Both the position numbers and the translations under genes were made by a program. From Acidobacteriota bacterium (GTDB lineage: Bacteria; Acidobacteriota; UBA6911; RPQK01; CBDBID01), in the NCBI GenBank assembly GCA_965205565.1, contig CBDBID010000043.1:135997-199996 (forward strand): DNA of 64,000 nucleotides. The letters run 5' to 3'. The notes beneath the pieces are model-generated. The model had not been told where the DNA came from, searched no databases, and saw nothing but the letters and a program-made list of their open reading frames with translations. Each line of letters begins with the position of its first letter. Position 1 is the first letter of the stretch. Positions 30,389 to 39,605 of this stretch are shown here, in pieces.

Positions 30389-32185
30389 TTACGTATCCCA
30401 GTTACCCCTAAGTCCGGGGCCACCTGCAGCGGTTGCACCACCACTTGCACCCAGACGATTCTGGCTCACCCAAAAAGCGTAGATTCTTGACTTGGTCAGA
30501 TAAAACTTGCACCTCAACGGCTTCCCAGCAAGTGATTCCAAACTGTCTGTATCTTTCCACACTATAAGATGTTCGGTACTGTCCTTACTGACCGGCACGC
30601 AATCACCCCGAGTAAAACCGGGCACAGGCGTTCCGTCTTCCTGGCAGACTTCAGCAGAAAGCCGACCTCCCTCCACGTTGATGAAAAGGTGTTTCCCCCG
30701 AAACTTCACCAGTCGGGTGAGCAATATTCCTTCTTCTGCGGCAGCCATCGAGGCAAAGCCATCGCGCCGGAGCACGGCCACGCCGGTTGAAGCATTGGCG
30801 TACATCCCGCTCCATTGGGGCAGTGGATTTCGATTGGACTCGTCTCCCTGGAATGCGGTGTAGTAGAAGTACAGCTTGTCGTCAACCAGGTTGCACACCC
30901 CCCCGACGGAGTGGACGTATGCCCTTTCCCAACTATCCCTCTGGAGCGTGGCTCCGATGAAGGTCTCGCGACAACTACGGTCCCAATGAAAACCATCGCG
31001 GCTAAACGCCAACTGCAACTCAGTCAGTTTCGGAAAGCCTCCTTTGGCGCACTCAGAGTTTGGCGGTCCGTAGTGAACCTGGAGCAGCCCAAGCATGAGG
31101 CTTTCGTAGCCAACGGCATCGACTTTGTACAGCTGTGGTTCGCGCCCGATGTCGTAGTTCTCACGCTTGCGATCGAGCTGGTCCGCTCCCAGCCAGAAAA
31201 CCGGATCGTAGCCGTCCCAACCATCGAGCGCCGCCAGAAACTCCTCATTTTCCCAATAGGAACGGGCTCTGCCCCGTGACCTGCGGCTCCAGGGGTCGAC
31301 TGCCCAGGGGGGTGCCGGACGCCCCACCGTACGGACAGTGAAAACCCACTGCTTGCGAAAGGGGTTATAGAAGAAAGTGCTGTTGTCGCCCGTCTTGCCG
31401 ATCTTGCCATGCCAATTCCAGTGTGCGCCATCCGGGCTGGTCAGTATGAACCCGCCCACAGCGCTCAACTTTTCTCCGATCTTGCCCGCTCGTTCATACC
31501 GGTACATCTTGAAGCGTTCGGCAGGGTCTTTCGCGTCATGATCGATCCAAAATGACACGCCATCACGGGTATCCCTGCGGGGTAAAACCAGGTTGGTACC
31601 TGGCACCACGTCCAGCTCGGGCCTCCGCCAGTGGATGCCATCGGAACTGGTTGCCAGTGCCGTGCCGTCGAACCAGCCGGCCATGTACCAGAGTTTGAAA
31701 AGATTGTCCGCAGGATCGTAGAAGCAGCCGTCGGAAAAGGGGGCGGCCATGGGACAGTAGCCCTGATTCATCTCCACCTCGGTCTCGGGCTTGAGGACCG
31801 GGTTCCCTTCGTACTTGACTGGCTGGTGGAAGTCACGTTTCAAGTCCGTGTACTCAATCAAAAAATCATCCACAAAGAGCTGACGGCCCACATCGATGGG
31901 GATCACCTCCGGTAGAGATTGCAGGTAGGGAACGGGCATGGGTCGCCAGGAATCGGGGTTCATCTCCTGCGGTGGCCACCGAAGAGGCAAACCAATGCCG
32001 TTGTACAGCACATCCCCACCCGGTGGGTCGTGTCCCTGAACACCGGGCGGGTAACGACCCGCCACGGGACGCACTTTCGGTGTCTCCAGAGCACAGATTC
32101 CCGCCACCCCTGCAGCACCAGAAAACACTCTATTCTTCAGAAAAGTACGACGAGTTGTGCGGCTTTTCCCACACTTTTCTTTCAT
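30389..32185 (-). CDS. TAT-secreted beta-propeller glycoside-hydrolase-like protein (GH32/43/130 clan). The family is uncertain.
   Basis: RRTFLKNRVFSGAAGVAG twin-arginine signal. Repeated W/D-rich blade motifs (WYMAGWFDG, FWIDHDAKD, FYYTAFQGD). Confidence 0.4.
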   Translation of the reverse strand: MKEKCGKSRTTRRTFLKNRVFSGAAGVAGICALETPKVRPVAGRYPPGVQGHDPPGGDVLYNGIGLPLRWPPQEMNPDSWRPMPVPYLQSLPEVIPIDVGRQLFVDDFLIEYTDLKRDFHQPVKYEGNPVLKPETEVEMNQGYCPMAAPFSDGCFYDPADNLFKLWYMAGWFDGTALATSSDGIHWRRPELDVVPGTNLVLPRRDTRDGVSFWIDHDAKDPAERFKMYRYERAGKIGEKLSAVGGFILTSPDGAHWNWHGKIGKTGDNSTFFYNPFRKQWVFTVRTVGRPAPPWAVDPWSRRSRGRARSYWENEEFLAALDGWDGYDPVFWLGADQLDRKRENYDIGREPQLYKVDAVGYESLMLGLLQVHYGPPNSECAKGGFPKLTELQLAFSRDGFHWDRSCRETFIGATLQRDSWERAYVHSVGGVCNLVDDKLYFYYTAFQGDESNRNPLPQWSGMYANASTGVAVLRRDGFASMAAAEEGILLTRLVKFRGKHLFINVEGGRLSAEVCQEDGTPVPGFTRGDCVPVSKDSTEHLIVWKDTDSLESLAGKPLRCKFYLTKSRIYAFWVSQNRLGASGGATAAGGPGLRGNWDT

Positions 32186-32336
32186 TTCATTCGTTCCTCA
32201 GGCATGTTGACCAAGAGAATCCCCTACATGGAACACCGTGGATATCTCGCCTTTTCGATCTGGTCACGCTCCTGATCGAGGTTTCAAAGCCAGAAGGGTC
32301 GGAATCGGAGAAACTCTTCCAGCATCTCCCAAATGT

Positions 32337-33530
32337 TCATGGGCTGCTGTCTTTGTGCAAGATCGTATCTTTCCCATCGGTGAGCCATTCCAGGTTGAAT
32401 CGGGCGAAGGTGATTTTCTGATAGTTTGAATATTGTTCGTTCGATACCAATGGGCCCTCATCGCCCCGCTCATAGAGACAACCGGCCGTCAGGTCCGGCA
32501 GGATGGTCAGGCAGGAATAAGCCGTCGGGCCCCCATAAAGTTGCTTAGCGACCGGCCACGTCTGGCCGCCATCGTAGCTGAGGCGAACGGTCATGTTCTC
32601 CCGCTCGGTGCTGGCCGGATTGGAAAAAAGGAGCCGGTCCTTGTCGTGACTGACACGATCCGTAAAGTGGGACAAGCTGGCCTGGCAGCGAGGCTCAATA
32701 AGAGCTGGATCTTCCACAACTTCCGACCAGGTCATGCCTCCGTCCCTACTGCGGGCAATTTTTCGGTGGTTACCGGCAACACCCCGCATGTTCAGTAACA
32801 GCGTGCCGTCGCCCAGCTCCGCCAGCTGGCATTCGTTGGTACCCGCCTGGCCGCGCGCTTCCCCTCCCGTTTTCCAGGACTTTCCATGGTCATCGCTGTA
32901 CACCACATGCGAAATCACGTCGTCTTCCTCCCTCGTGAAATACTTGGGGATGATCAACCGACCGCTGCGCGTCTGGATGCCCTTGCCCGGTCCAGGAGAA
33001 CCGGCCCGCCACTCCGGTTTCTTGATCATGGAGGTGATGTCGATGGGTTCGGACCAGGTTTCTCCGTCATCCTCACTCTTGATGGCCCAATACATGATAG
33101 TGGCTCCCGACAGGCCAGGTGCGGCATTGCCGGACCCAATGCCCGCAGGGCAGTAGACGGTGAAGACCCAGATGGTGCCAGTTTGCCGGTCGACCAGACC
33201 ACAGGAATCGGCCGTGGCGCCATCCCCGACATCCAGCAACACGCGCAGGGGCTCCCAAGTCCTACCTTGGTCGAAGCTGCGTTTCATCACCAGGTCAATG
33301 TTGTTGGCAGGATCTCCAGGTCTTTCGACCCGAGCATCGCAAAACGCCAATAGAGTGCCTTGCGTCGAGGTGACCAGCACGGGGATACGATACTCAGCAA
33401 TCCCATCCTGGCCAGCCACGAAGACATCGGTTTGCTCCAAGAGAGCCGTGTCTGGCTCCGTCGTGCCTGCTCCACAATCCAAGAGGAGCGCTGCCACCAT
33501 CAAAAGCACCCAACGGTTTTGTCGATTCAA
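32337..33530 (-). CDS. BNR-repeat sialidase-like lipoprotein (GH33-like), with a TTG start
   Basis: Five BNR motifs: SFDQGRTW, SEDDGETW, SDDHGKSW, SRDGGMTW, SYDGGQTW. AAGGAGG sits 7 nt upstream of a TTG. The lipobox is LLLDCGAG. Confidence 0.7.
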   Translation of the reverse strand: MNRQNRWVLLMVAALLLDCGAGTTEPDTALLEQTDVFVAGQDGIAEYRIPVLVTSTQGTLLAFCDARVERPGDPANNIDLVMKRSFDQGRTWEPLRVLLDVGDGATADSCGLVDRQTGTIWVFTVYCPAGIGSGNAAPGLSGATIMYWAIKSEDDGETWSEPIDITSMIKKPEWRAGSPGPGKGIQTRSGRLIIPKYFTREEDDVISHVVYSDDHGKSWKTGGEARGQAGTNECQLAELGDGTLLLNMRGVAGNHRKIARSRDGGMTWSEVVEDPALIEPRCQASLSHFTDRVSHDKDRLLFSNPASTERENMTVRLSYDGGQTWPVAKQLYGGPTAYSCLTILPDLTAGCLYERGDEGPLVSNEQYSNYQKITFARFNLEWLTDGKDTILHKDSSP

Positions 33531-34120
33531 TTGGAACCTCCTTTCCAGGTTCGGTGACGTTGCCACCACACTGAATTCGATCACGTAATCCCTATCAGGG
33601 CAGAAGAATTCAAAGAGGCCATGCGGCTGCTCACTTTCACTGCAAGCTGGCCCCCTAAGTGTCTCGCTGACATTGGCTCCTAGTCTACGGTTGGAGGTCT
33701 CCACTCGCCAGTGTGGATTCCGGGTGTTTCGCCCCAAATGTCGGCAGGTCCAATGCTATACTGTGTTTCGATCATCGGTCAGATGATATCCTGGCGGGCC
33801 AGTCAGTTTTCAGCCGATTGGGGAGGTGATTGTGAACAAGTTCCCTTGGGCTATTGTGCTCTCGCTTCTTCCCTTGTCCAGAGCAGGCCCACAGCCATTA
33901 CTGTCTAGCGCTGGCTTAGTACTCCAGTCCATAAATACGGTGACGTTTGTTGCGAGCGCGCCGTGCCCGGATTCCAGGCGCGGCGACAAAGCGGGTTTGC
34001 AGGCCATCAAACGGGGCGCTTGAGTTGGATCCCGGGAATCCTGACTCAGATCGAGTGAAACTGACAGAGGTCTAACCTGGCCGCTTGGCGGCACTCGTTT
34101 GGTTCCAGAAGGAAGTGAAT

Positions 34121-35158
34121 ATGCTCATATTTTCCGCCCAGGAGTTAGAGGAGGTCGGCGTAAGGATCTTCAAGGCAGTGGGCACCAAGGAACTGATCGC
34201 TCGTGAAGTGGTTCAATCCTTGGTGTTGAGCAATCTGATGGGAGTTGACTCCCACGGTGTCATGCGCATTCCCGATTATCTGAATGCCATTGAGGCCGGC
34301 TGGACGGAGCCGAATGCTATGCCGGAAATCGAGCGGGAGAATGAAGTCTCGGCGCTGATGCACGGGAACAACGCCTTTGGTCAGGTGGCGGCCAGACAAG
34401 CCATGTTGACCGCGATCAGGAAAGCACGGAAGCAAAGCATCGGCGCCGCTAGCTTCACGGACATCTACCACATCGGTCGCCTGGGCGAGTGGGCCGACTT
34501 GGCTTCAAGCGAGAATCTCATTGGACTGGTCATCGCAAACGGTTCCAGACCAGGTGGACTGGTAGCACCTTACGGCGCTCGACAGAAGATGTTGGGCACA
34601 AATCCTCTGGCCTTCGCTATCCCGGCCGGCACCTTCCCGCCCCTGCTCGCAGACTTCTCCACGGCTGCCGTAGCCGAAGGAAAAATCAGGATTTCTTTCC
34701 ACAAGGGCGAAAACATTCCCGAAGGCTGGATCATCGACAGCCAGGGCCGCGCCACAACCAACCCGGGCGATCTTTACGAAGGGGGTGCGATCCTCCCCTT
34801 CGGTGACCATAAGGGATATGCTCTGGCTCTCATGGTGGAGGTCATTGGAGGGATCCTGAGCGGTGCCGACACCCCGATTTTCCCTGACTACGAACAGATG
34901 CGCAACGGGGTCTTCATGTTGGCGATTGAGCCAACATTCTTTCGCCCCGAGGAGGAGTACAGCAAAGCCGTGGACTTCCTGTTTTCTGCCGTCACACAGG
35001 CTCTGCCCGTTCAGGGGATGGATGGCGCGCTGATACCGGGAGAACCGGAACGGAGACGCAAGGCCGAGCGGGAGAAAGATGGTGTTCCGGTCGACGACAA
35101 GACCTGGAAAGACATCCAGGTGGCCGCTCAGAAAATCGGCATCGACCTGACCACCTGA
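34121..35158 (+). CDS. Ldh_2 family oxidoreductase (malate/L-lactate/sulfolactate dehydrogenase type 2)
   Basis: GVDSHGVMRIPDY, GTNPLAFAIPAG, FGDHKGYALALMVEVIGGILSGA are Ldh_2 hallmarks. Confidence 0.7.
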   Translation: MLIFSAQELEEVGVRIFKAVGTKELIAREVVQSLVLSNLMGVDSHGVMRIPDYLNAIEAGWTEPNAMPEIERENEVSALMHGNNAFGQVAARQAMLTAIRKARKQSIGAASFTDIYHIGRLGEWADLASSENLIGLVIANGSRPGGLVAPYGARQKMLGTNPLAFAIPAGTFPPLLADFSTAAVAEGKIRISFHKGENIPEGWIIDSQGRATTNPGDLYEGGAILPFGDHKGYALALMVEVIGGILSGADTPIFPDYEQMRNGVFMLAIEPTFFRPEEEYSKAVDFLFSAVTQALPVQGMDGALIPGEPERRRKAEREKDGVPVDDKTWKDIQVAAQKIGIDLTT

Positions 35159-35279
35159 GCAACTGCCTCAGAGACTTGGTCCCCGGCTCCGCCTGATGTA
35201 CCGCGAATCACGTATTTCCTACCGCCCGAAATCCATGATGCCGTGACCGGGCAACATCCGAAAAAGAGGAGGGTACTCG

Positions 35280-36410
35280 ATGGCCAAACATCCAAGAATT
35301 CTCAAAGCGCCTAGCGGTCAAAATCGAAGAACCTTTCTCAGAACTTTCGGGATCGCTACGGGCGCAGCTGCGCTGGGAAATCTGACGGCCTGTCAAAAAG
35401 AGCCTTCTCCAGCAGAGTCAACGGCTCGTAGACCCTCTCATCTGGTTCAGTTTGGCCATACCGATTTGTATGTATCCAAGTTGTGTCAGGGAACCGGCTA
35501 TCGGACTCATCTCAGCCGTGAGGGTGACGACAAGCAAGCTCACAACCTAATCCGCCATTGTATCGATATCGGCATCAATTTCTTCGACTCTGCAGAGAAA
35601 TATGGATGGGGTGGATCGGAGATCGCTCTCGGCAAGGCGGTCTCCGGACGCCGTGATCAGGTGGTCATCGCCACCAAGGCGTCCGGAGTCACAGCCTCTG
35701 GAGAACCGATTACGTTTACAAAGGAGGTCCTGACGAACAAAGTGGAAGGAAGCCTGAAGCGCTTGGGAACAGACTATGTTGATGTGTATCTACTGCACCA
35801 GCCCGATGAAAGGACGCCCGCGAGGGATCGCGACGTACCACCCCGGGACGCCCCCACGAGGCAGCATATGGAAGAGATAGCCGAGGCCATGGACCCCCTC
35901 GTCCAGTCCGGTAAGATCCGCTATTGGGGTGTCTCCAATCATTTGCCCAAGCAGATCGATGAATTGATCGAGCTGGGAAAGCGAGGCGACACCTCTGCGA
36001 TTACCAGCCTCGAGGACTATTTCAATATTGTGGCTGCTGATCGCCGAGATTTCATGCTCAACGAGCTTTTTCCGCTCATTCGCAAGGGGAATCTGGGGCT
36101 GATGGCTTTCAGTCCATTGGGGGAGGGAAGATTGGTTCCTGGGAGGGAACCCGAGGAAGGCTCTCCTCTGTTGGATGCCATAGCCGTGCTCGACGAAGTG
36201 GCCAAGGGACTGGATGCGAGCCGCCCTCAGGTCTGTGTGGCCTGGGTGGCCTCTCATCCAGAGGTGACAAGCGTTCTGGCCGGTGCCGAAAAACCGGAGC
36301 ATGTAGAGGAAAACTTCAAGGGCACTGAGTTGGTGCTGCCTGAAGAGGCCATACAGAAGCTCAATGTGGCAGCCGATACCTACACGGCGAGGATAGCTGA
36401 GCGGGCCTGA
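35280..36410 (+). CDS. Aldo/keto reductase with a twin-arginine signal
   Basis: NRRTFLRTFGIATGAAALG TAT motif. AKR blocks GINFFDSAEKYG, LKRLGTDYVDVYLLHQPD, IRYWGVSNH. Confidence 0.7.
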   Translation: MAKHPRILKAPSGQNRRTFLRTFGIATGAAALGNLTACQKEPSPAESTARRPSHLVQFGHTDLYVSKLCQGTGYRTHLSREGDDKQAHNLIRHCIDIGINFFDSAEKYGWGGSEIALGKAVSGRRDQVVIATKASGVTASGEPITFTKEVLTNKVEGSLKRLGTDYVDVYLLHQPDERTPARDRDVPPRDAPTRQHMEEIAEAMDPLVQSGKIRYWGVSNHLPKQIDELIELGKRGDTSAITSLEDYFNIVAADRRDFMLNELFPLIRKGNLGLMAFSPLGEGRLVPGREPEEGSPLLDAIAVLDEVAKGLDASRPQVCVAWVASHPEVTSVLAGAEKPEHVEENFKGTELVLPEEAIQKLNVAADTYTARIAERA

Positions 36411-37226
36411 ATGCTATCGCCTGAGGCCAAGCCAATGAGGCAAGGGAGGATATCTGTGAAGGGTACGATCTTCGATCTTAGCGGTAAGGTGGCTTTGGTC
36501 ACGGGAGGCAGCAAAGGCATTGGAAAGGCGATCGCCCACGCCTTGGCCGAGGCAGGGGCCGACATCGTCATCTGCAGCCGCCATCAGGACCAGTTACAGG
36601 CTGCTTTGGACGAAATTTACGAGGCTACCGGCCGCCGCGGTCGCTGTTTCGTTACCGACGTTTCCCAACGCCCGGAGGTGGAAGCTTTGGCGCGCTCGAC
36701 CCTCGAGGCGACCGGCAGGGTCGACATCTTGGTCAACAATGCCGGAAGCAATGTCTTGGAGAGAATCGACGAAGTGACGGATCAGAAGTGGGATCGCATC
36801 TTAGAGCTGAATCTGAACTCTTGTATGGTCCTGACTCGGGCACTTGTTCCCCAGATGAAGCATCGCGGCTGGGGACGTGTCATCCACATTTCCTCGATCA
36901 TGGCTTTGTCTTCGAGGGTGGGCCGCAGCGCCTACAGCGCCACCAAAAGCGCTCTGGTGGGGATGACCCGAGCCAGTGCCCTGGATCTGGGCCCGCACAA
37001 AATCACCGTCAACTGTATCGCGCCGGGTCCGTTTTTAACGGATATGCCGAGGGCGGATCTCTCCGACGAGCAACTCACCAGTATGGCGACCCGGACGGCC
37101 CTGGGCCGCTGGGGCGATGTCCGGGAACTGGCGGGACCAGCTCTGCTGCTGGCCAGCGAGGCCGGCAGTTACATTACCGGCTCGGTTTTGGTGGTCGATG
37201 GAGGGATTCTGTGCCGAATTTTTTAG
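36411..37226 (+). CDS. Short-chain dehydrogenase/reductase (SDR)
   Basis: TGGSKGIGKAIA Rossmann motif, NNAG, and catalytic S...Y...K (SSIMALSSRVGRSAYSATK). Confidence 0.8.
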   Translation: MLSPEAKPMRQGRISVKGTIFDLSGKVALVTGGSKGIGKAIAHALAEAGADIVICSRHQDQLQAALDEIYEATGRRGRCFVTDVSQRPEVEALARSTLEATGRVDILVNNAGSNVLERIDEVTDQKWDRILELNLNSCMVLTRALVPQMKHRGWGRVIHISSIMALSSRVGRSAYSATKSALVGMTRASALDLGPHKITVNCIAPGPFLTDMPRADLSDEQLTSMATRTALGRWGDVRELAGPALLLASEAGSYITGSVLVVDGGILCRIF

Positions 37227-37736
37227 CGCCTCGCCACGGTGTCCTTCAACCCTTAGAGCTGGGCAATGGCCCCCCAGGCTCAAGCCTTGCTCCTTCAGTG
37301 CCTGAGCCCTTCCGACATTGGCCCGAGAGCATCGAAGACTCCCAGCACGGCGGTCTGGGTCCCCGGGAACATGCGAGGCCGCAGACCTATGTGCGTCTCA
37401 CTGGGCGAGTATTGACCCAACGCTCATCAGCCCGTTTCAGGAGGCGTTTTTTTCTTGGCGGTGCTGGGAGAGCGGTCACAGGTCACGTCGACTCCTGTGT
37501 TGTTGAAGATCCTGTTTCCTTCGATGGATTCTGCAGACAAGAATTGCTCCAAACCCATTTCCTAGCCGATCATCCCGTGCTATCATTTGGGGAGAAGCTC
37601 GGGAGACTGTGAGACGACTCCTCGCCAACGGTTAAAGCCGTTGCGCATGTGATCAGGCAGAACCCCCGTCGGACTCCACCTCTTCTTGATTCTTAGTACA
37701 GCTTCCGAGCCAGTCCCGAAAAACAGGAGGTGCATC

Positions 37737-39101
37737 ATGTCTGGAATCCGAATCATCGGTCCTGCGGCCGTCTTCTTCCTACTGGCTGGTTGTACAGAAG
37801 ATATCGGCGAAGCGCTCGTGACAGCGTCGGCGGCAGGCGATACCGAGAGGGTGCAAGCCCTTTTGGACCAGGGTGCTGACCCCAGCGGACCGACTAGCGA
37901 GGGCAGGATAGCCCTCATCGAGGCCGCAGCAGCTGGTCACGAAGGGACCGTGAGAGCTCTCCTGAAGAAGGGTGCGTCGGCGAGCGCAATAGACCCGGAA
38001 AGGCGCACGGCCGTGATGGCAGCGGCAGGAAGCGGTCATACGGCTACCCTGGGGACACTTCTGGATTCCGACCCAGACCTGGAGCAACAGGACGAGAGAG
38101 GCAAGTCGGCCCTCATATGGGCTGCTGCACAAGGCCAGGCAGAGACCGTCCAAGCGCTCCTGGATGCTGGCGCAAAGGTGGATGCAACTGATCGGGGAGG
38201 CACGACGTCCTTGATCCTGGCTGTGGGCGAGGGTCACGCCAAAGTGGTCGAAGCCCTCTTAGCAGGAGGTGCGGATGTGAATGCTCAGACCCAAGATGGC
38301 TTACCCGCCCTGGTCTGGGCGGCCCGAAAGGGCGACACGGCGACGACCGAGGCCCTACTGTCCGGGGAGGTGAGCTTGGATGCAAAGGACAACGAGGGCA
38401 GGACCGCTCTGTCGTGGGCCGCGAGCGAGGGCCATACTGAGGTCGTCGAGGCTCTACTAGAAAAGGGTCAGGAGGTTTGGCCCCTCTCCTTGCATCATTG
38501 GGTCAAATCCAAGGATGAGCAGGGCTGGACGGCCCTGATGCATGCTGCCTCGAATGGACACACCGAGAACATCCCCCGGCTGCTAGAGAAAGGCGCCGAC
38601 GTGAATGAGCAGACTGAACAGGGATCGACCGCCCTGATGGTCGCTGCGGCAAAAGGGCATGCTGACACGGTCCGGGGCCTGTTGGATAAGGATGCGGATG
38701 TGAATGCGGTGACGAAGGAGGGTGGAACCCCCCTCATGCTGGCGGCTTCAAAGGGTCACACGGAGATCGTGAAAGCCCTGTTGGGCAAAGGTGCGGATGT
38801 GAACGCCACCACTCAAGAGGGTACCAGTGTCCTCGTGGCGGCCATTCGAGAAGGTCACGCCGATGCCGTGCGAGCGCTGCTGGCCGAGGGTGCTCAGGTG
38901 GAGGTACAGGATAATCGGGGCTGGACCCCCTTGTTGCATGCGGTGTCGCTAGGGCAAACCGATATCGTCCAGGCCCTACTGGACAAAGGAGCCGACGTCA
39001 ATACAGAGAGCGAGGATGGCTGGACTCCGTTCAGAATGGCACTCACACAAGGCCATTCTGCCACGGCTGAATTGCTCGGCGAGGTGATGGCTAACCAGTA
39101 A
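37737..39101 (+). CDS. Ankyrin-repeat lipoprotein (about 13 ANK repeats)
   Basis: MSGIRIIGPAAVFFLLAGC lipoprotein signal. Reiterated G-TAL/PL--AA--GH---V--LL--GAD-N motifs. Confidence 0.85.
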   Translation: MSGIRIIGPAAVFFLLAGCTEDIGEALVTASAAGDTERVQALLDQGADPSGPTSEGRIALIEAAAAGHEGTVRALLKKGASASAIDPERRTAVMAAAGSGHTATLGTLLDSDPDLEQQDERGKSALIWAAAQGQAETVQALLDAGAKVDATDRGGTTSLILAVGEGHAKVVEALLAGGADVNAQTQDGLPALVWAARKGDTATTEALLSGEVSLDAKDNEGRTALSWAASEGHTEVVEALLEKGQEVWPLSLHHWVKSKDEQGWTALMHAASNGHTENIPRLLEKGADVNEQTEQGSTALMVAAAKGHADTVRGLLDKDADVNAVTKEGGTPLMLAASKGHTEIVKALLGKGADVNATTQEGTSVLVAAIREGHADAVRALLAEGAQVEVQDNRGWTPLLHAVSLGQTDIVQALLDKGADVNTESEDGWTPFRMALTQGHSATAELLGEVMANQ

Positions 39102-39605
39102 GACCGGCACGCTCGGAGCCCACCAATGGCGCGCCCGGGACCGGTGACAGAGCTGGCCCCCGCACAACTCGAAGCCGGGCTTGGCGGAGCCGTAGATCAG
39201 CCGCACCTGCCGAAGCCGCCGGATGTCGTCGATGACCAGGGCTAAAACGAGGCATCCGCCTTCAAAGTTTTGGATCGAAAAATCCAAATCGTTGATCCAT
39301 GTACAGCCTTCCTGGGGGAGAATCAGGTGCCCTTTTTTCACATAAAAGTTAGGACTATCTTACTAGTAATGAATATTTTAGGGTCGGACATAGTGGATTC
39401 CGACTCAGGGGGTCGGCTGAGTTTGTTGACCCTACGGGGTGGGCAAGATCCCCGAAAACGTCCAAAGCGAATCGGAAATAAAAGATGCTGGAATTGAGTC
39501 ATTGGATCGATCTACTCCTTTTTAATATAATTCACTGACTAGGACAGTGCGTCGCCCCTGCCGCCAACAGGCTTGGGGTGGGCGTTCATGCTGCGGTGAA
39601 AGGCC

